Assembly (NCBI RefSeq): GCF_028641065.1
Contig: NC_073415.1
Span: forward strand, 11,532,001 to 11,596,000
DNA from: Leucoraja erinacea
Lineage: Eukaryota
Direction of reading: 5' to 3'
DNA length: 64,000 nucleotides
The notes beneath the pieces are model-generated. The model saw only the letters and a program-made list of their open reading frames with translations, made no database searches and was not told the origin of the DNA. This document shows positions 38,801 through 49,990 of the stretch, piece by piece; within the stretch, counting starts at the first letter, position 1, and each line of letters begins with the position of its first letter. Position numbers and translations under genes: made by a program.

Positions 38801-41800
38801 GGGAGAGGCTAATGAGCAGCAGGAATGCTCACAATGCTGAACATTCTTGTTTTTGCGGAAGCAACGACAACTGTCCAGAGCGCAGATTTCTGATTGTTTC
38901 CAGCAAACCGCTCTTTGCTCAACCACTTGAAGCATCTATTACCCAGTAAGAGGAAAATCCTTGGGGTATTTAAACAGGGAAATCAATAGCTGCATGTAAA
39001 ACACACAAGCAACAGAAAGTCTCCAATTTAAAGGGCAAGATACTATGTAATGCAGCAGTTCAAGAAACAACACCCCGAGAAATGCAAAATATGTAAAGAG
39101 TTGACAAAGATTTTAATTCTTCAGTCAGAGGTGGTGAATCTGTGGATTTAATTGCCACAGACGGCTGTGGGTATTTTTCAGATGGAGATTGACAGATTTT
39201 TGATTAGTAAGAGTGTCAACTGTTATGGGGAGAAGGCAGGAGAATGGGGTTGATAGAGCAAGCCATGATTGAATGGCAGAGTAGACTCGATGGGCCGAAA
39301 GGCCTAATTCTGCTCATATGACTTACGACACCTCCAGCAAATTGGAATATGCTCTATTAGTTTATTGTCACGTCCCGAGGTACAGTGAAAAGTGTTTTGT
39401 TGCGTGCTAACCAGTCAGCAGAAAGACTACATGATTACAATCGAGCCATTTACAGTGTACAGATACATGATCATAGGAATAACATTTAGTGCCAGGTAAA
39501 GTTCAGTATAGTCCAATTAAAGATAGTCACACCCACAGACATAAGACTATGTTCGTTCTTACCAAGCATGCACATTGCCAGAAACAAACACACACAATTT
39601 TGACAACACCCTCTTCCTCAGCTATCTATTACTCACATAAAATAATATGAATTCAACCAACAAAAAATAGGGGCTACTGAAAAATAAGAAATGCTGCTGA
39701 TGCTGGAAATCTGAAATAAAAACAGAAAATGCCGGAAACACCAACAGGTCAGGTCAGACAGCACCCATGGAAGATAAATAGCAGATATTTCTAGGTTGCT
39801 GACAATTTATCAAAACTACTTATTATAAAACATGCTATGGATCAAAAAGATTCACAACAGCAAACATTCTTCAATGTGTGGGAAGGAACTGCAGATGTTG
39901 GTTTAAACCGAAGATAGACACAAAATGTTCGAGTAACTCAGAGGGACCGGCAGCATCTCCGGAGAGAAGGAATGGGTGACGTTTTTGGGTCGAGACCTTG
40001 TAGACAATTTTCAATGTTGTTCTTTATCCTTCATGTTTCACTTTAAAACACTTTTGCAATTCATGACTTGAAATGACCAGCCAAATAAATGAAAGCTTTG
40101 TTCACTGTTTATTTAAACTCCAGATACTTCACATATATACATGGAGATCGCTATTCAATTATTTTCACACCAGCTCCCAGCAGAGCAATCCTGACAGCAC
40201 TATTCCCCCCCCACCCCTTATTCCCCAGTAGCCCTACAACCTATTCTTGTATACGAAGCAACTGCAGATGCTGGTTTATATTAGCTGGCTCCACCCTTCC
40301 TGACCTGTTGCTGGCCCTGGATTTGTTCTGATCTTTTCTCGCCTCCAGTTTAATCCCCCCCGCCCACCCTCCAAATACAGCCCAGTCCATCACAGATTCA
40401 ACATCCAGACCATTTTCAGCCTCCATTGTATCAGAAAGGCTAGAAGTATTGCTTTCGATGCCTGTTCGCTTGGATTTTTCCTTTTCTCCCCTACCTTTTG
40501 AGAGAAAATACAGGAGTTTGGAAACTTATGTCCAGATCCAAGAACAGCTTCTCCCCCCATTGCTATCTGATTCCTGAAGCAGTCTAGGACCAGAGGACAT
40601 AGCCTCAGAATTAAAGCATGTTCCTTAAGGAAGGAGATGTGAAGGGATTTTTTAGCTCTTTGGGCTATCAAGCGATATACGGAATCAAGGGAATATAGGG
40701 AAAAAGCAGGAATGGGGTACTGATTTTAGATGATCATGCTGAATGGCGGAGCTGGCTCGAAGGAATAAATGGCCTACTCCTGCACCTATATGTTTCTATG
40801 TCTAATTTCTTTAGACAGAAGGTGGTGAGTCTGTGGAATGAATTGCCACAGAAGGCTGTCGGGGACAAGTCAATGGATATTTTTAAGGCAGAGATAAATA
40901 GATTCTTGATTAGTACAGGTGTCAGAGGTTATGGGGAGAAGACAGGTGAATGGGGTTAGGAGGGAAAGATAGATCAGCCACGACTGAAACATCAAACATC
41001 TGCAAAATGCTATCATGTAAACGTTCTGCACAAACACTCAAAGACTACAAATGTCATACTTAGTGTTTTTTGCACTTCCAGCAACAATTCATGAAAGATT
41101 CATACAATTGCTACCAAGATCTTAATGATATCACTAATGTCGAGAGCTTTAAAAGTATTTCCAGGAAGCTCTTAAAATTAAAGTCATGTGATAAGAACTG
41201 TCAAAACCATTACAAACTCAAAGTATTTTAAGTGACGTTGCAAGATGTTTATTTAAGAGACCATTTTAAGTGTTCATTTAAAATAGCAGGGAAACCAATT
41301 TCAAATTGGAATTCACTGTTGTTTCAGAAAAAGGAACAAATTAACTAAAATAAGTTTCCTAGTTCTGCTATAGGTGAGAAGAATGGTGTACACTGTTTCG
41401 TACTTTGTGAAGACAGAACATAACAACGTCAATAATGAACCAAAACAAAATTAAGTTCACTCCTAGTTTATTAATAGCAGAGTTATGGGAAAGGAGAGAT
41501 TGCAAAATGACCAACTCAGAGTCACTGAGTATATAGGCAGCAGTCACGATAGCCAAATCCATTTCCTTATAGAAACATAGAAATAGGAGCAGGAGTAGGC
41601 CATTCGGCCCTTCCAGCCAGCACCGCCATTCAATATGATCATGGCTGATCATCCAAAATCAGTATCCCGTTCCTGCTTTCTCCCCATATCCCTTGATTCC
41701 ATTATCCCTAAGAGCTAAATCTAACTCTCTCTGAAAACATCCAGTGAATCGGCCTCCACTGCCTTCTGTGGCAGAGAATTCCATAGATTCACAACACTCT

Positions 41801-44800
41801 GTGTGAAAATGTTTTTCCTCATCTCAGTCCTAAATGGCCTACCCCTTATTCTTAAACTGTGACCCCTGGTTCTGGACTCCCCCAACATGGGGAACATTAT
41901 AGGAACATCAGGAACAACTTATGCAGAGTTGTTTTAGAACAAAATAATTATCCAAAGCATATCTGTGGGATATTTACCACAAATTGTCTCTTCAACTACC
42001 CTCCAATTGAAATCAATGTAGCCACTGAAATTTCAATGATGTTAATGAAACAGACGCAAGATATCGACGCACTGCTAAAGCATTCAATAAGATTGTCTAA
42101 GGCTCCAGAAAAATTAAGGGAGGGAGTGAGTAAATATTATTGGTGACGGGTGAACGATTTGTGGCGACAGCCCAGGGCCGTGTGAATTCAGTAGAATGAT
42201 ACAGCTATCCCACATGAAATTATAACACTTTAGTTTCATTGGTATTTTGCCATATTGATATACTAAGCAATTGAGAAGTCAATTAATGAAACATGAGAAG
42301 TATCAATACTGTGATCCAGTTTGCCTTCATTCTTGGGAATACTCAGGATGCAATCAACACATTGTGGAATTCTTCTGTGTAACACAGGCAAGCTTATTTC
42401 AATGCACTCCAATTGCACTGCAAGTCCTTTGTCCAATGAAAGGTTTTGCATGCAGAATGGACTGATAGAAAATCGGCACTGTCGCAGGAGATCTGGGGTC
42501 AGCAGTAACACTATCTCGCCTTGGGGCTCAGTGCTTCAAGGGTTCCACAAAATGGCTCTCAGTGTAATTAATCTCAAATGACAACAATACTTCAAAGCTT
42601 TTTACAGTATAAGTGTCTCGCAATGTTTTTGCATAAAATGTTAAAGGACATTGTGAAACATCCAGTCATAGATCACATGGGAAGGAACATCAAATGAGTG
42701 CAGTGTTGGTGAGTTAGTATTATCTGTGGTGGAAAGAACACAAGCAAATAAAATGAAACTTTTATTGATACCAATTACCCTGGATTTGATGCAACTAGTT
42801 AAGCATAGCTTGTTGGGTTATAAGCAGACTGTGAAAGGAACCGGCATTCACCAATTGAATGGGTGCAGAAACTTTGCAAAATTAGGGAAGGTCAGCTGAG
42901 AAATTAAACGGTTTAATGTTGCCAAATGCAAAGTAGAGGAGAGAAATGGGCAGCATAATGACAGTTAGGCTACATAAGCATAGCAAAGGGGAGAACATTT
43001 TGGGGATTATTAATGGATACCTGGTTACAATCTATCCTGATTGAACAGATTGTTTACAGCTACAGTACCATTTTCACTGTGTGGGTACAGTACTGCACCA
43101 GACCGCAAGAGATTGGGAGTTTAAGACCAACTATAACAAACTGAACCATAGGCATTGAAACCTGTCATTATTCCGTAATCATTATTCTGCCCAGAAAAAC
43201 CTGGCCACACTTGGACACTATATCATCCCACACAATCAGTGAATGTACTTCCCATTTCTCATCTATCTGCAATTCCAACAATCCCCCCTACAGTAACATG
43301 ACAATACAGTTTTCAGATGCCACTGACAATTCATCTGCTCACATACACATCGCGTCCCTTCTACTGCCTCCAAATTTTCAGAATGCTTCTCCTCAACAAT
43401 ATGTTGAACCTTCCATTAACCACATACTCAGAAGTCTGAAGGGAGGGGAGCCAATCTTACCCCACAACAGAAGGGAAAGGAGATGTACTGTTTGATAGCC
43501 ACAGGGAAGAAGGATCTCCTGTGGTGTTCAGTACTGCAGTCTGTTGCTGAAGGTACTCCTCAGGTTGTTTAAGAAGGAACTGCAGATGCTGGAAAATCAA
43601 AGGTAGATAAAAATTCTGGAGAAACTCAGCGAAACTTCTTCAGACTGAAGAAGGGTTTCGGCCCGAAACGTTGCCTACTTCCTTCGCAGCATGGATGCTG
43701 CCACATCGGCTGTGTTTCTCCACCATTTTTATCTACCTTCGTACTCCTCAGGTTGACCAGTGTTTCATGGAGGGGGTGAGCTGTATTGTCCAAGATGCTC
43801 ATAACTTTGGATAACTCTACTTTTACTGTAATAGCCAAAACAATTCAATCGGCCCTTCCATAGGTTGCACCCAAATAATTTTATCAGTGTTTATTTTTAG
43901 ACAGACAAGTTATATTTTAATTAAGAAATCTTAGTCTCAAATTTCCAAATGGAAATTAAAGCTGATGAACAAAGGGGTGACTGATATGAGGCGCCTCCAA
44001 CTGCACTGAACTCCACTGAAGAACCCCGATATGAACATTTCACTAACTAATTGGGAATAAAGCTCATTGGGGGAAGGTAACTATTTCTTCCACTGTGATT
44101 CACACCGCCCTCCCAAAGAACAGTGTGTGTGCTTTTTTAAGGCAGTGTCATTTAACGGCACTGCATTTCACAACTTTCACAAAACAGGAAACATTGAGTT
44201 CAGAGCCGATAGGTTTATATGATATTATCAGGAGCAACCACAGGGCCATCCGACTCCTTCCCCTTTTTTAAATTAAAAGACACTTTTGTTACCCCCAACG
44301 CCCGGTGCATCTAAACACGTATATAAGCAGCAGCAGCGGAGCGGTAGCAATGAGTGCATGCCATGGGCCAGCTATGTAAAGCCTGGGACCTGCTACATCA
44401 ATCAGCCCAAACATGGGCAGCACGGTGGAACAGAGTTGCTGCCTCACAGCGTCAGAGACCAAGGTTCTATCCTGTCTGGGGGGGGTGTGCTATCTGTACG
44501 GAGTTTGCACGGTCCCCCCGCGACCTGGTGCTCCGGTTTCCTCCTACACTCCAAAAGCATACAGGGCTGTAGGTTAATTGACTTGGTAACATTGTGAATT
44601 GTCCCTAGTGCATGCAGTGTGATTGCTGGAGGGCACGGACTGGCTGGGCCACAGGGCATGTTTCCATGCTGTATCTCTAAACTAAACTAGACCAGTAAAT
44701 AGTGTTTCGGCCCGAAACGTTGCCTATTTCCTTCGCTCCATAGACGCTGCTGCACCCGCTGAGTTTCTCCAGCTTTTTTTTGTGTGACCTAGACCAGTAA

Positions 44801-45301
44801 ATAGCTTGTTTCCCTTTTATTCCAGGTGTTGTGTGAAGCCATGTTACATTTCAGTGAGGCTAAATGAATGTAGTAATATCACTGATAGACACACAGGTGA
44901 GTGGAGCTGGAGAGCTGACGGACTGAAGGGGCTGAAGGGGCGGGACTCCCCTTGTCAACAAGTCTGGAGAAGGGTCTCGACCCAAAACACCGCCCGTCCC
45001 TTCTCTCCAGAGACGCTGCCTGTCCCAAAGTGAGTTACTCCAGCACTTTGGGTCTTATATTCGGCTGCAGTTCCTTCCTACACAACGCCCGGCCCGGCCC
45101 GGCCCAGCCGGAGCTCCGACATCCCCGAGGCCCGGGACCCGGCGCTGCTCGGCTCTGCCCGCCCTCGCCACAGAGGAAGCCGCGCGGAGAGCTCGGACAA
45201 CAACAACAACAACAGCAACAGCGGCAGCGGTCAGTAAACTACAGGCCGGACGGCGCCAACTTACTTTCCCCGACCACCGCCTTCAGCCCCGCCGGCGCCA
45301 T
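14730..45301 (-). CDS. STXBP2: Syntaxin-binding protein 2 (Munc18-2, Sec1/Munc18 family); 19 coding exons, ~591 aa
   Basis: Translation [31 protein letters not shown]...[15 protein letters not shown]...[10 protein letters not shown]...[30 protein letters not shown] matches recalled Munc18-2. Exon sizes 37,50,82,77,79,104,149,85,131,108,58,66,81,(139 expected),107,99,86,158,80. PET100 lies upstream on the same strand, as in mammals. Confidence 0.95.
15973..16130 (-). CDS. STXBP2: STXBP2 exon 18
   Basis: [52 protein letters not shown], 158 nt. Confidence 0.95.
16636..16900 (-). mobile_element. V-type SINE
   Basis: Same family as 23120-23430. Confidence 0.75.
16982..17067 (-). CDS. STXBP2: STXBP2 exon 17
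   Basis: [29 protein letters not shown], 86 nt. Confidence 0.93.
17436..17534 (-). CDS. STXBP2: STXBP2 exon 16
   Basis: [33 protein letters not shown], 99 nt. Confidence 0.9.
18002..18108 (-). CDS. STXBP2: STXBP2 exon 15
   Basis: [35 protein letters not shown], 107 nt. Confidence 0.93.
19568..19653 (-). CDS. STXBP2: STXBP2 exon 14 (3' part; 5' part hidden in N-gap 19654-19906)
   Basis: [27 protein letters not shown], donor gtgtgg. Confidence 0.9.
19654..19906. other. Assembly gap (N run) hiding the 5' part of STXBP2 exon 14
   Basis: Ns directly abutting open STXBP2 coding sequence. Confidence 1.
20150..20230 (-). CDS. STXBP2: STXBP2 exon 13
   Basis: [27 protein letters not shown], 81 nt. 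Confidence 0.95.
20762..20827 (-). CDS. STXBP2: STXBP2 exon 12
   Basis: [22 protein letters not shown], 66 nt. Confidence 0.95.
21764..21821 (-). CDS. STXBP2: STXBP2 exon 11
   Basis: [19 protein letters not shown], 58 nt. Confidence 0.93.
22908..23015 (-). CDS. STXBP2: STXBP2 exon 10
   Basis: [35 protein letters not shown], 108 nt. Confidence 0.95.
23120..23430 (+). mobile_element. tRNA-derived V-type SINE (HE1-like)
   Basis: A-box-like gggcagtgg, B-box ggttcgatcc, central domain, CR1-like tail, (ctaaa)n end. Confidence 0.8.
23687..23817 (-). CDS. STXBP2: STXBP2 exon 9
   Basis: [43 protein letters not shown], 131 nt. Confidence 0.95.
28213..28297 (-). CDS. STXBP2: STXBP2 exon 8
   Basis: [28 protein letters not shown], 85 nt. 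Confidence 0.95.
29725..29873 (-). CDS. STXBP2: STXBP2 exon 7
   Basis: VYSLDS...[21 protein letters not shown], 149 nt, AAG acceptor. Confidence 0.93.
30623..30726 (-). CDS. STXBP2: STXBP2 exon 6
   Basis: [34 protein letters not shown], 104 nt. Confidence 0.95.
31805..31883 (-). CDS. STXBP2: STXBP2 exon 5
   Basis: [26 protein letters not shown], 79 nt. Confidence 0.95.
33190..33570 (+). mobile_element. L2-like LINE 3' end
   Basis: LWNTLP..IR....[17 protein letters not shown], then gtacagcactttg...aataaa(att)n tail. Confidence 0.7.
33995..34290 (+). mobile_element. V-type SINE
   Basis: Same family. Confidence 0.75.
34490..34860 (+). mobile_element. Decayed Penelope-like GIY-YIG fragment
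   Basis: [10 protein letters not shown]...EQHLI...MN motif similar to 49825-49985. Confidence 0.6.
35559..35635 (-). CDS. STXBP2: STXBP2 exon 4 (GC donor)
   Basis: [25 protein letters not shown], 77 nt, donor AAG/gcatgt. Confidence 0.9.
37255..37336 (-). CDS. STXBP2: STXBP2 exon 3
   Basis: [27 protein letters not shown], 82 nt. Confidence 0.95.
37727..37776 (-). CDS. STXBP2: STXBP2 exon 2
   Basis: [16 protein letters not shown], 50 nt. Confidence 0.95.
41568..41897 (-). mobile_element. CR1 LINE 3' fragment
   Basis: Reverse complement of the 6890-7205-type sequence. Confidence 0.85.
43568..43740. mobile_element. Penelope-derived short element with 15-bp flanking direct repeat and hammerhead core
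   Basis: gtactcctcaggttg at 43553-43567 and 43741-43755; core 43645-43672. Confidence 0.8.
44415..44690 (+). mobile_element. V-type SINE
   Basis: Same family. Confidence 0.72.
44703..44788 (+). mobile_element. Penelope-derived short element with 16-bp flanking direct repeat
   Basis: ctagaccagtaaatag at 44687-44702 and 44789-44804. Confidence 0.8.
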
Positions 45302-45402
45302 CTTGGCCTTTCCGCGTCTCCGGAGGACACGTCACTTCCCTGCGTGACGTCGCACGGTTCGGGTTCGATGACGTCGGCGGGCGGTGAGTGTGACGTCACG
45401 AG
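45085..45402 (-). promoter_or_regulatory. STXBP2 CpG-island promoter and first exon with CRE/ATF cluster
   Basis: High CpG density; TGACGTCA at 45391-45398, TGACGTCG at 45345 and 45369, CACGTCA at 45328 adjacent to ETS-like ACTTCC; YY1-like AAGATGGCG over the ATG. Confidence 0.8.
45265..45301 (-). CDS. STXBP2: STXBP2 exon 1 (coding part)
   Basis: aagATGGCG..., [12 protein letters not shown], donor gtaagt. Confidence 0.95.
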
Positions 45403-45410
45403 AGAGAGAT

Positions 45411-45671
45411 ACATAGAAACCATAGAAATTAGGTGCAGGAGTAGAGGCCATTCGGCCCTTCGAGCCTGCACCGCCATTCAATATGATCATGGCTGATCAT
45501 CCAACTCAGTATCCCGTACCTGCCTTCTCTCCATACCCTCTGATCCCTTTAGCCACAAGGGCCACATCTAACTCCCTCTTAAATATAGCCAATGAACTGG
45601 CCTCAACTACCCTCTGTGGCAGAGAGTTCCAGAGATTCACCACTCTCTGCGTGAAAAAAGTTCTTCTCATT
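45411..45671 (-). mobile_element. CR1 LINE 3' fragment abutting the STXBP2 promoter
   Basis: Near-identical to other young copies. Confidence 0.88.
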
Positions 45672-45911
45672 CGAATGGCGTCCTGGCACGTCCTTCCAAG
45701 AGACTCACTCCAGGTTCACAGCCAGTCAAACATCCGCAAAGCAGAGTTTAAAGATTAGATTAGATTCCTTTATTGTCATTCAGACCTTTCGGATTCGGAA
45801 GGATTCTTAGGTACACAAAAATGCCGGAGAAATTCAGCGGGTTCAGCAGCATCTATGGAGCGAAGGAAATAGGTAATGTTTCGGGCCGAAACGTTACCTA
45901 TTTCCTACTTC

Positions 45912-46074
45912 GGGAGTTAGATGTGGCCCTTGTGGCTAAGGGGATCAGGGGGTATGGAGAGAAGGCAGGTACGGGATACTGAGTTGGATGATCAGCCATG
46001 ATCATATTGAATGGCGGTGCAGGCTCGAAGGGCCGAATGGCCTACTCCTGCACCTAATTTCTATGTTTCTATGT
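45912..46074 (+). mobile_element. CR1 LINE 3' end
   Basis: Inverted relative to 45411-45576. Confidence 0.88.
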
Positions 46075-49000
46075 TTAATATGGGACAGTTGGCAACCCTA
46101 GGTACAGGCAACATCACTGGAGAGAAGAAATGGGTGACCTATCGGGTTGAGACCCTTCTTCAGACTTCATGAAGATGAAGGGATGATGGCCCTTAGTTTG
46201 GAGATGATTGTCTAGTAAGTTGGGCGACTATCTCCTTGCATCTTATTTTGCTGAAGTATAATTGTGAGTGGGGAAGGATTTATTCAGGCAAATGGAGATA
46301 ATCCGTCAAAGAGCCAGCAGAGGCTTGCAGGTTCAATTGCTTCTTTCTGGGCTCTGATTGAAAAGCATACCCATTCAATATTCCTCAGACACAGTTCAGC
46401 ACTGTTACACTGCAATGCCTTCTCTTCCCATGTATTTAATTACATGCAATTTTAATTAAATGTCATTGCATTGATTTTTGAATCTTCCTACTCTGGCTTA
46501 AAGAGATTTTCTTGACTGAATGGTCTTAATTGTATAATGCTCACAAATGTTTCTCCCATCTGGCGATTTCATCGATATGCAACACTTACATTTTCTCAAA
46601 GGAATTATTTGCATGATACATGTTAAATAATGAAACTCTTCGACTGAGTTAATACTTCAATTAAATTAAAAGGAGATTTCATACAGTCAAGTATATTCCT
46701 GTCTGAACACTAAACACTTTGGGGCTTGGTTCCTGATATTTCTACTGCACAATGTAAAATAATTCGCATTTAATAATGATGGGAGGTATTAAAGTCAACA
46801 ACTCAACCTGGCCCTTAACTCCTGTAAGTTATTGGGGCAAATCCTCCAAAATCATGGAAGAACTCGGATAAGGACATGGACATTTTAAAAAGACAAATTT
46901 GCTGGCTGCAACGGAAAAACCCCCAATCCACAAACCTGTCTGGCATGTGGACTTGCGCATCAAACAACTGGGCGAATGGTGTGGGGAGGAAAGGCTGGGG
47001 AGGAAAGGCTGAGACGGAGATAATGAGATTATCTTGGATACACAAAGGAAGGAACCACTCGATGGATCCTCAGCAGGATGACCCATCCATCAAGACAATA
47101 GGAGCCCGTCCAGGCGATGGGATAACGATCAGGCTGAGGGATAATGGATGAGAGGGGACAGTGGAAATAATTACATTCATTTAATTTTAAATCCTCGTTT
47201 AAGAAATATACAGCCTGCAAATAGTTACTGCGGAAAATTGCAAAGCCCGTGACCTGTCCACAAGGCAACCCTCATCAGTTGCCAGCCTCTCACTCCTTGC
47301 TTGTGGAACCTTGCGAAGCAGAAATGGACCTTTAGGAGACAAACTTCAAAAGCCCTTAATTTGCCGTAAAATGCTTGAAGTAGTATTCATGTCACGAAAA
47401 ATGCATGTTTCCTTTTAAAGTCATACAGTATGGAAACAGGCCCTACAGCCTGACTTGTTCACGTCGACCAACATGGCCCATCTACACTAGTCCCATTTGG
47501 CCGAAATCCCTCTAAACTTTTCCTATCCATTTACCTGTCCAAATATCTTTTAAATCTTGTTGTAGTACCTGCCTCGACTGCATCTTCTGATAGCTCGATC
47601 CATATAACCATAACTCCGTGTGAGAAAAGGTTTCCCCTCAGGTTCCTATTAAATGTCTCCTCGCTCACCATAAACCTATGCCCCCTGGTTCCCGATTCCC
47701 CCACTCTGTGCATTCACCCTATCAATTCCCCCAATAATCATTTGCATGTGTTTCAGGAGATTAGAAAGCTATTTCACGATTCCAGTCCAACTTTGAAACA
47801 ATCTCAATCTTTCTTGAACTGTTATTACAATAAGTTCTTCATGTCAGATAATTTAGAAAGAATATGCCTTCCTCTATCATGCATATCCATTCACCTATTT
47901 ATCATTTGTCCTCCATCAGATCATGGGTGATCACAGTTTAGTAATTTTGATTAGTACCGGTGTTGGGGGTTATGGGAAGAAGGCAGGAGAATGACGTTAT
48001 GAGGGAGAGATAGATCAGCGATGATTGAATGGCGGAGTAGACTTGTTGGGCTGAATGGCCTAATTCTGCTCCTATCACATCAACTTTGTATGAATTACAC
48101 AACATGCCAAAAAAGTGACTTTGATGCCATTAATCAGTGAATACAAAGATGAAAGCTTTTTGAATATCAAGGAGAATCCATTAACTTAAAACCTTTAAAA
48201 CCAAGTTGATTTCCTTCACTTATTCTTTCTTCTTGACCTCCTTTCATCCTTGAAGATGCGAGAATACCATTAAGTTGGAAAGGGTGCAGAAGAGATTCAC
48301 CAGGATGTTTCCAGGGTTTAATTAATGGGAACAAGCTGGATTTTTCTTCCAACTAGGGAATGGGATATTTCTCTTTACAGCATTGGAGGCTGAGGAATGA
48401 CTTTATGGAGGTGTACAAGATCCTGAGGGGCATGGATAAAGTGAATGTCCAGAGTAGAGGATTGGAAAACAAGAGGGCAAAGGCTTAAGGTGAGAGGGGG
48501 AAGATTTAAAATAAATCTTAGGGGCTACTCAGTGAGTAGTCCGTATCTGGAATGAGCTGCTAGAGGAAGCTGTGGAAGAATTTTCAATTGTGATTTTTGA
48601 AAGACATTTGGACAGAGCTATGGATAGGAAGGGATTGGAAGGATATGGGGCAGATGCAGGAAAATGTAACTGGCCCAATATGCCAACTTGGTCGGCATGG
48701 ACAAGGTAGGCTGAAGGCCGTTTCCATGCTGCACAGCTCCGTGACTGAGAGTTCACAAACAGTGCCACACACAGAGGCAAGATTTTTATAAAAATATAAT
48801 TAATACTAGATTCATCCGAGGCCCTTTAGTTTCTTAGCGGGTCAGGCAGCATCTCTGGAGAAAAGAAATGGGTGAAGTTCCTGGTCAAGATCTTTCAGAC
48901 TGAGTCAGGCGAGAGAGAAACACAGAGATATGGAAGGGTAGGTGTGAAAAAGAGACATCAAAGGGGACAAATATCAAGGAAAATGTAGAATAGATACCCG

Positions 49001-49603
49001 AAACATCACCCATTCCTTCTCTCCAGGGATGCTGCCTGACCGATGAGTTACTCCAGTATTTTGTGTCTATTTTTGGTGTAAACCAAAATCTGCAATTCCT
49101 TCCTACATACACCCTTTTGTTTCTTGGCTCATGATCTGATAACAGTTAAAGTTCAAACAAGTATGAGAGTTGTGTTAATTAATGTATCCAATTAAATGGT
49201 AGGGCTGTTAGGACTGTGCGTTAAGGGTCGTTTACAACACTGAACAGGCTCCTTCACCCTGCTGGTTTGGATAACCTTATCTCCAGAAATTGCCTGTCAT
49301 TTGCATAAACAAAAATTACTAAATATATAAATGCATTAGCCAAGCAATTAACATTTTTATGAACTGCATTTTGAAGGCACTGTTGAAATGCTTGTTAAAA
49401 AAAAAGCTGGCATGCACATGAAGGGGAAAGACAGCTTTTGATCAAGATCTTTGAGTAAATGTTTTGGATATAGGTAATCAGCAGAAAGATGATCTTGCAC
49501 CACTAATAGTGTCCTTAAAGGACAAAGGAAACAACGGCGACTTCTCCCGATTAACATGGACAACAGTAGAAGTCAGGGGGTGAACACAACAGCATGCTCC
49601 CTG

Positions 49604-49990
49604 GTACACAAAAATGCTGGAGAAACTCAGCGGGTGCAGCAACATCTATGGAGCGAAGGAAATAGGCAACGTTTCGGGCTGAAACCCTTCTTCAGACTGA
49701 TGGGGGGGGTGGCGGGGAGAAGAAAGGAAAAAGGAGGTGGAACCCGAGGGCTGAGTGATGGGAGAAGACAGCCCTTGGGCTGAGGAAGGGGAGGAGACAG
49801 CCCGAGGGCTAACAAAATTGGGAGAATTCAATGTTCATGCCCGCAGGATGCAGACTTCCCAAGCGAAATATGAGGTGCTGTTCCTCCAATTCAGGTGTTG
49901 CTCGCTCTGGCCATGGAGGAGACCCAAGACAGAGAGGTCAGATGGGGAATGGGAGGGGGAGTTGAAGTGCTGAGCCACGGGGAGGCTCCC
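49604..49990 (-). mobile_element. Penelope-like element 3' end: GIY-YIG endonuclease C-terminus plus pLTR with hammerhead core
   Basis: PVAQHFNSPSHSPSDLSVLGL...EEQHLIFRLGSLHPAGMNIEF (one frameshift), then CTGAAGA-AGGGTTTCAGCCC-GAAACGTT at 49668-49695. Confidence 0.85.

Noticed and set aside
45196-45230. Poly-Gln ORF 44952-45347 from a (CAA)n/CAG run
   Set aside because: Intronic microsatellite antisense to STXBP2; the ORF begins inside a repeat.
14730-45301. Alternative assignment as STXBP1 or STXBP3
   Set aside because: [17 protein letters not shown] and [12 protein letters not shown] motifs plus PET100 synteny favour STXBP2.
46876-47151. 91-aa + strand ORF as a possible PCP2
   Set aside because: No GoLoco motif, no convincing splice sites, no recognisable family.
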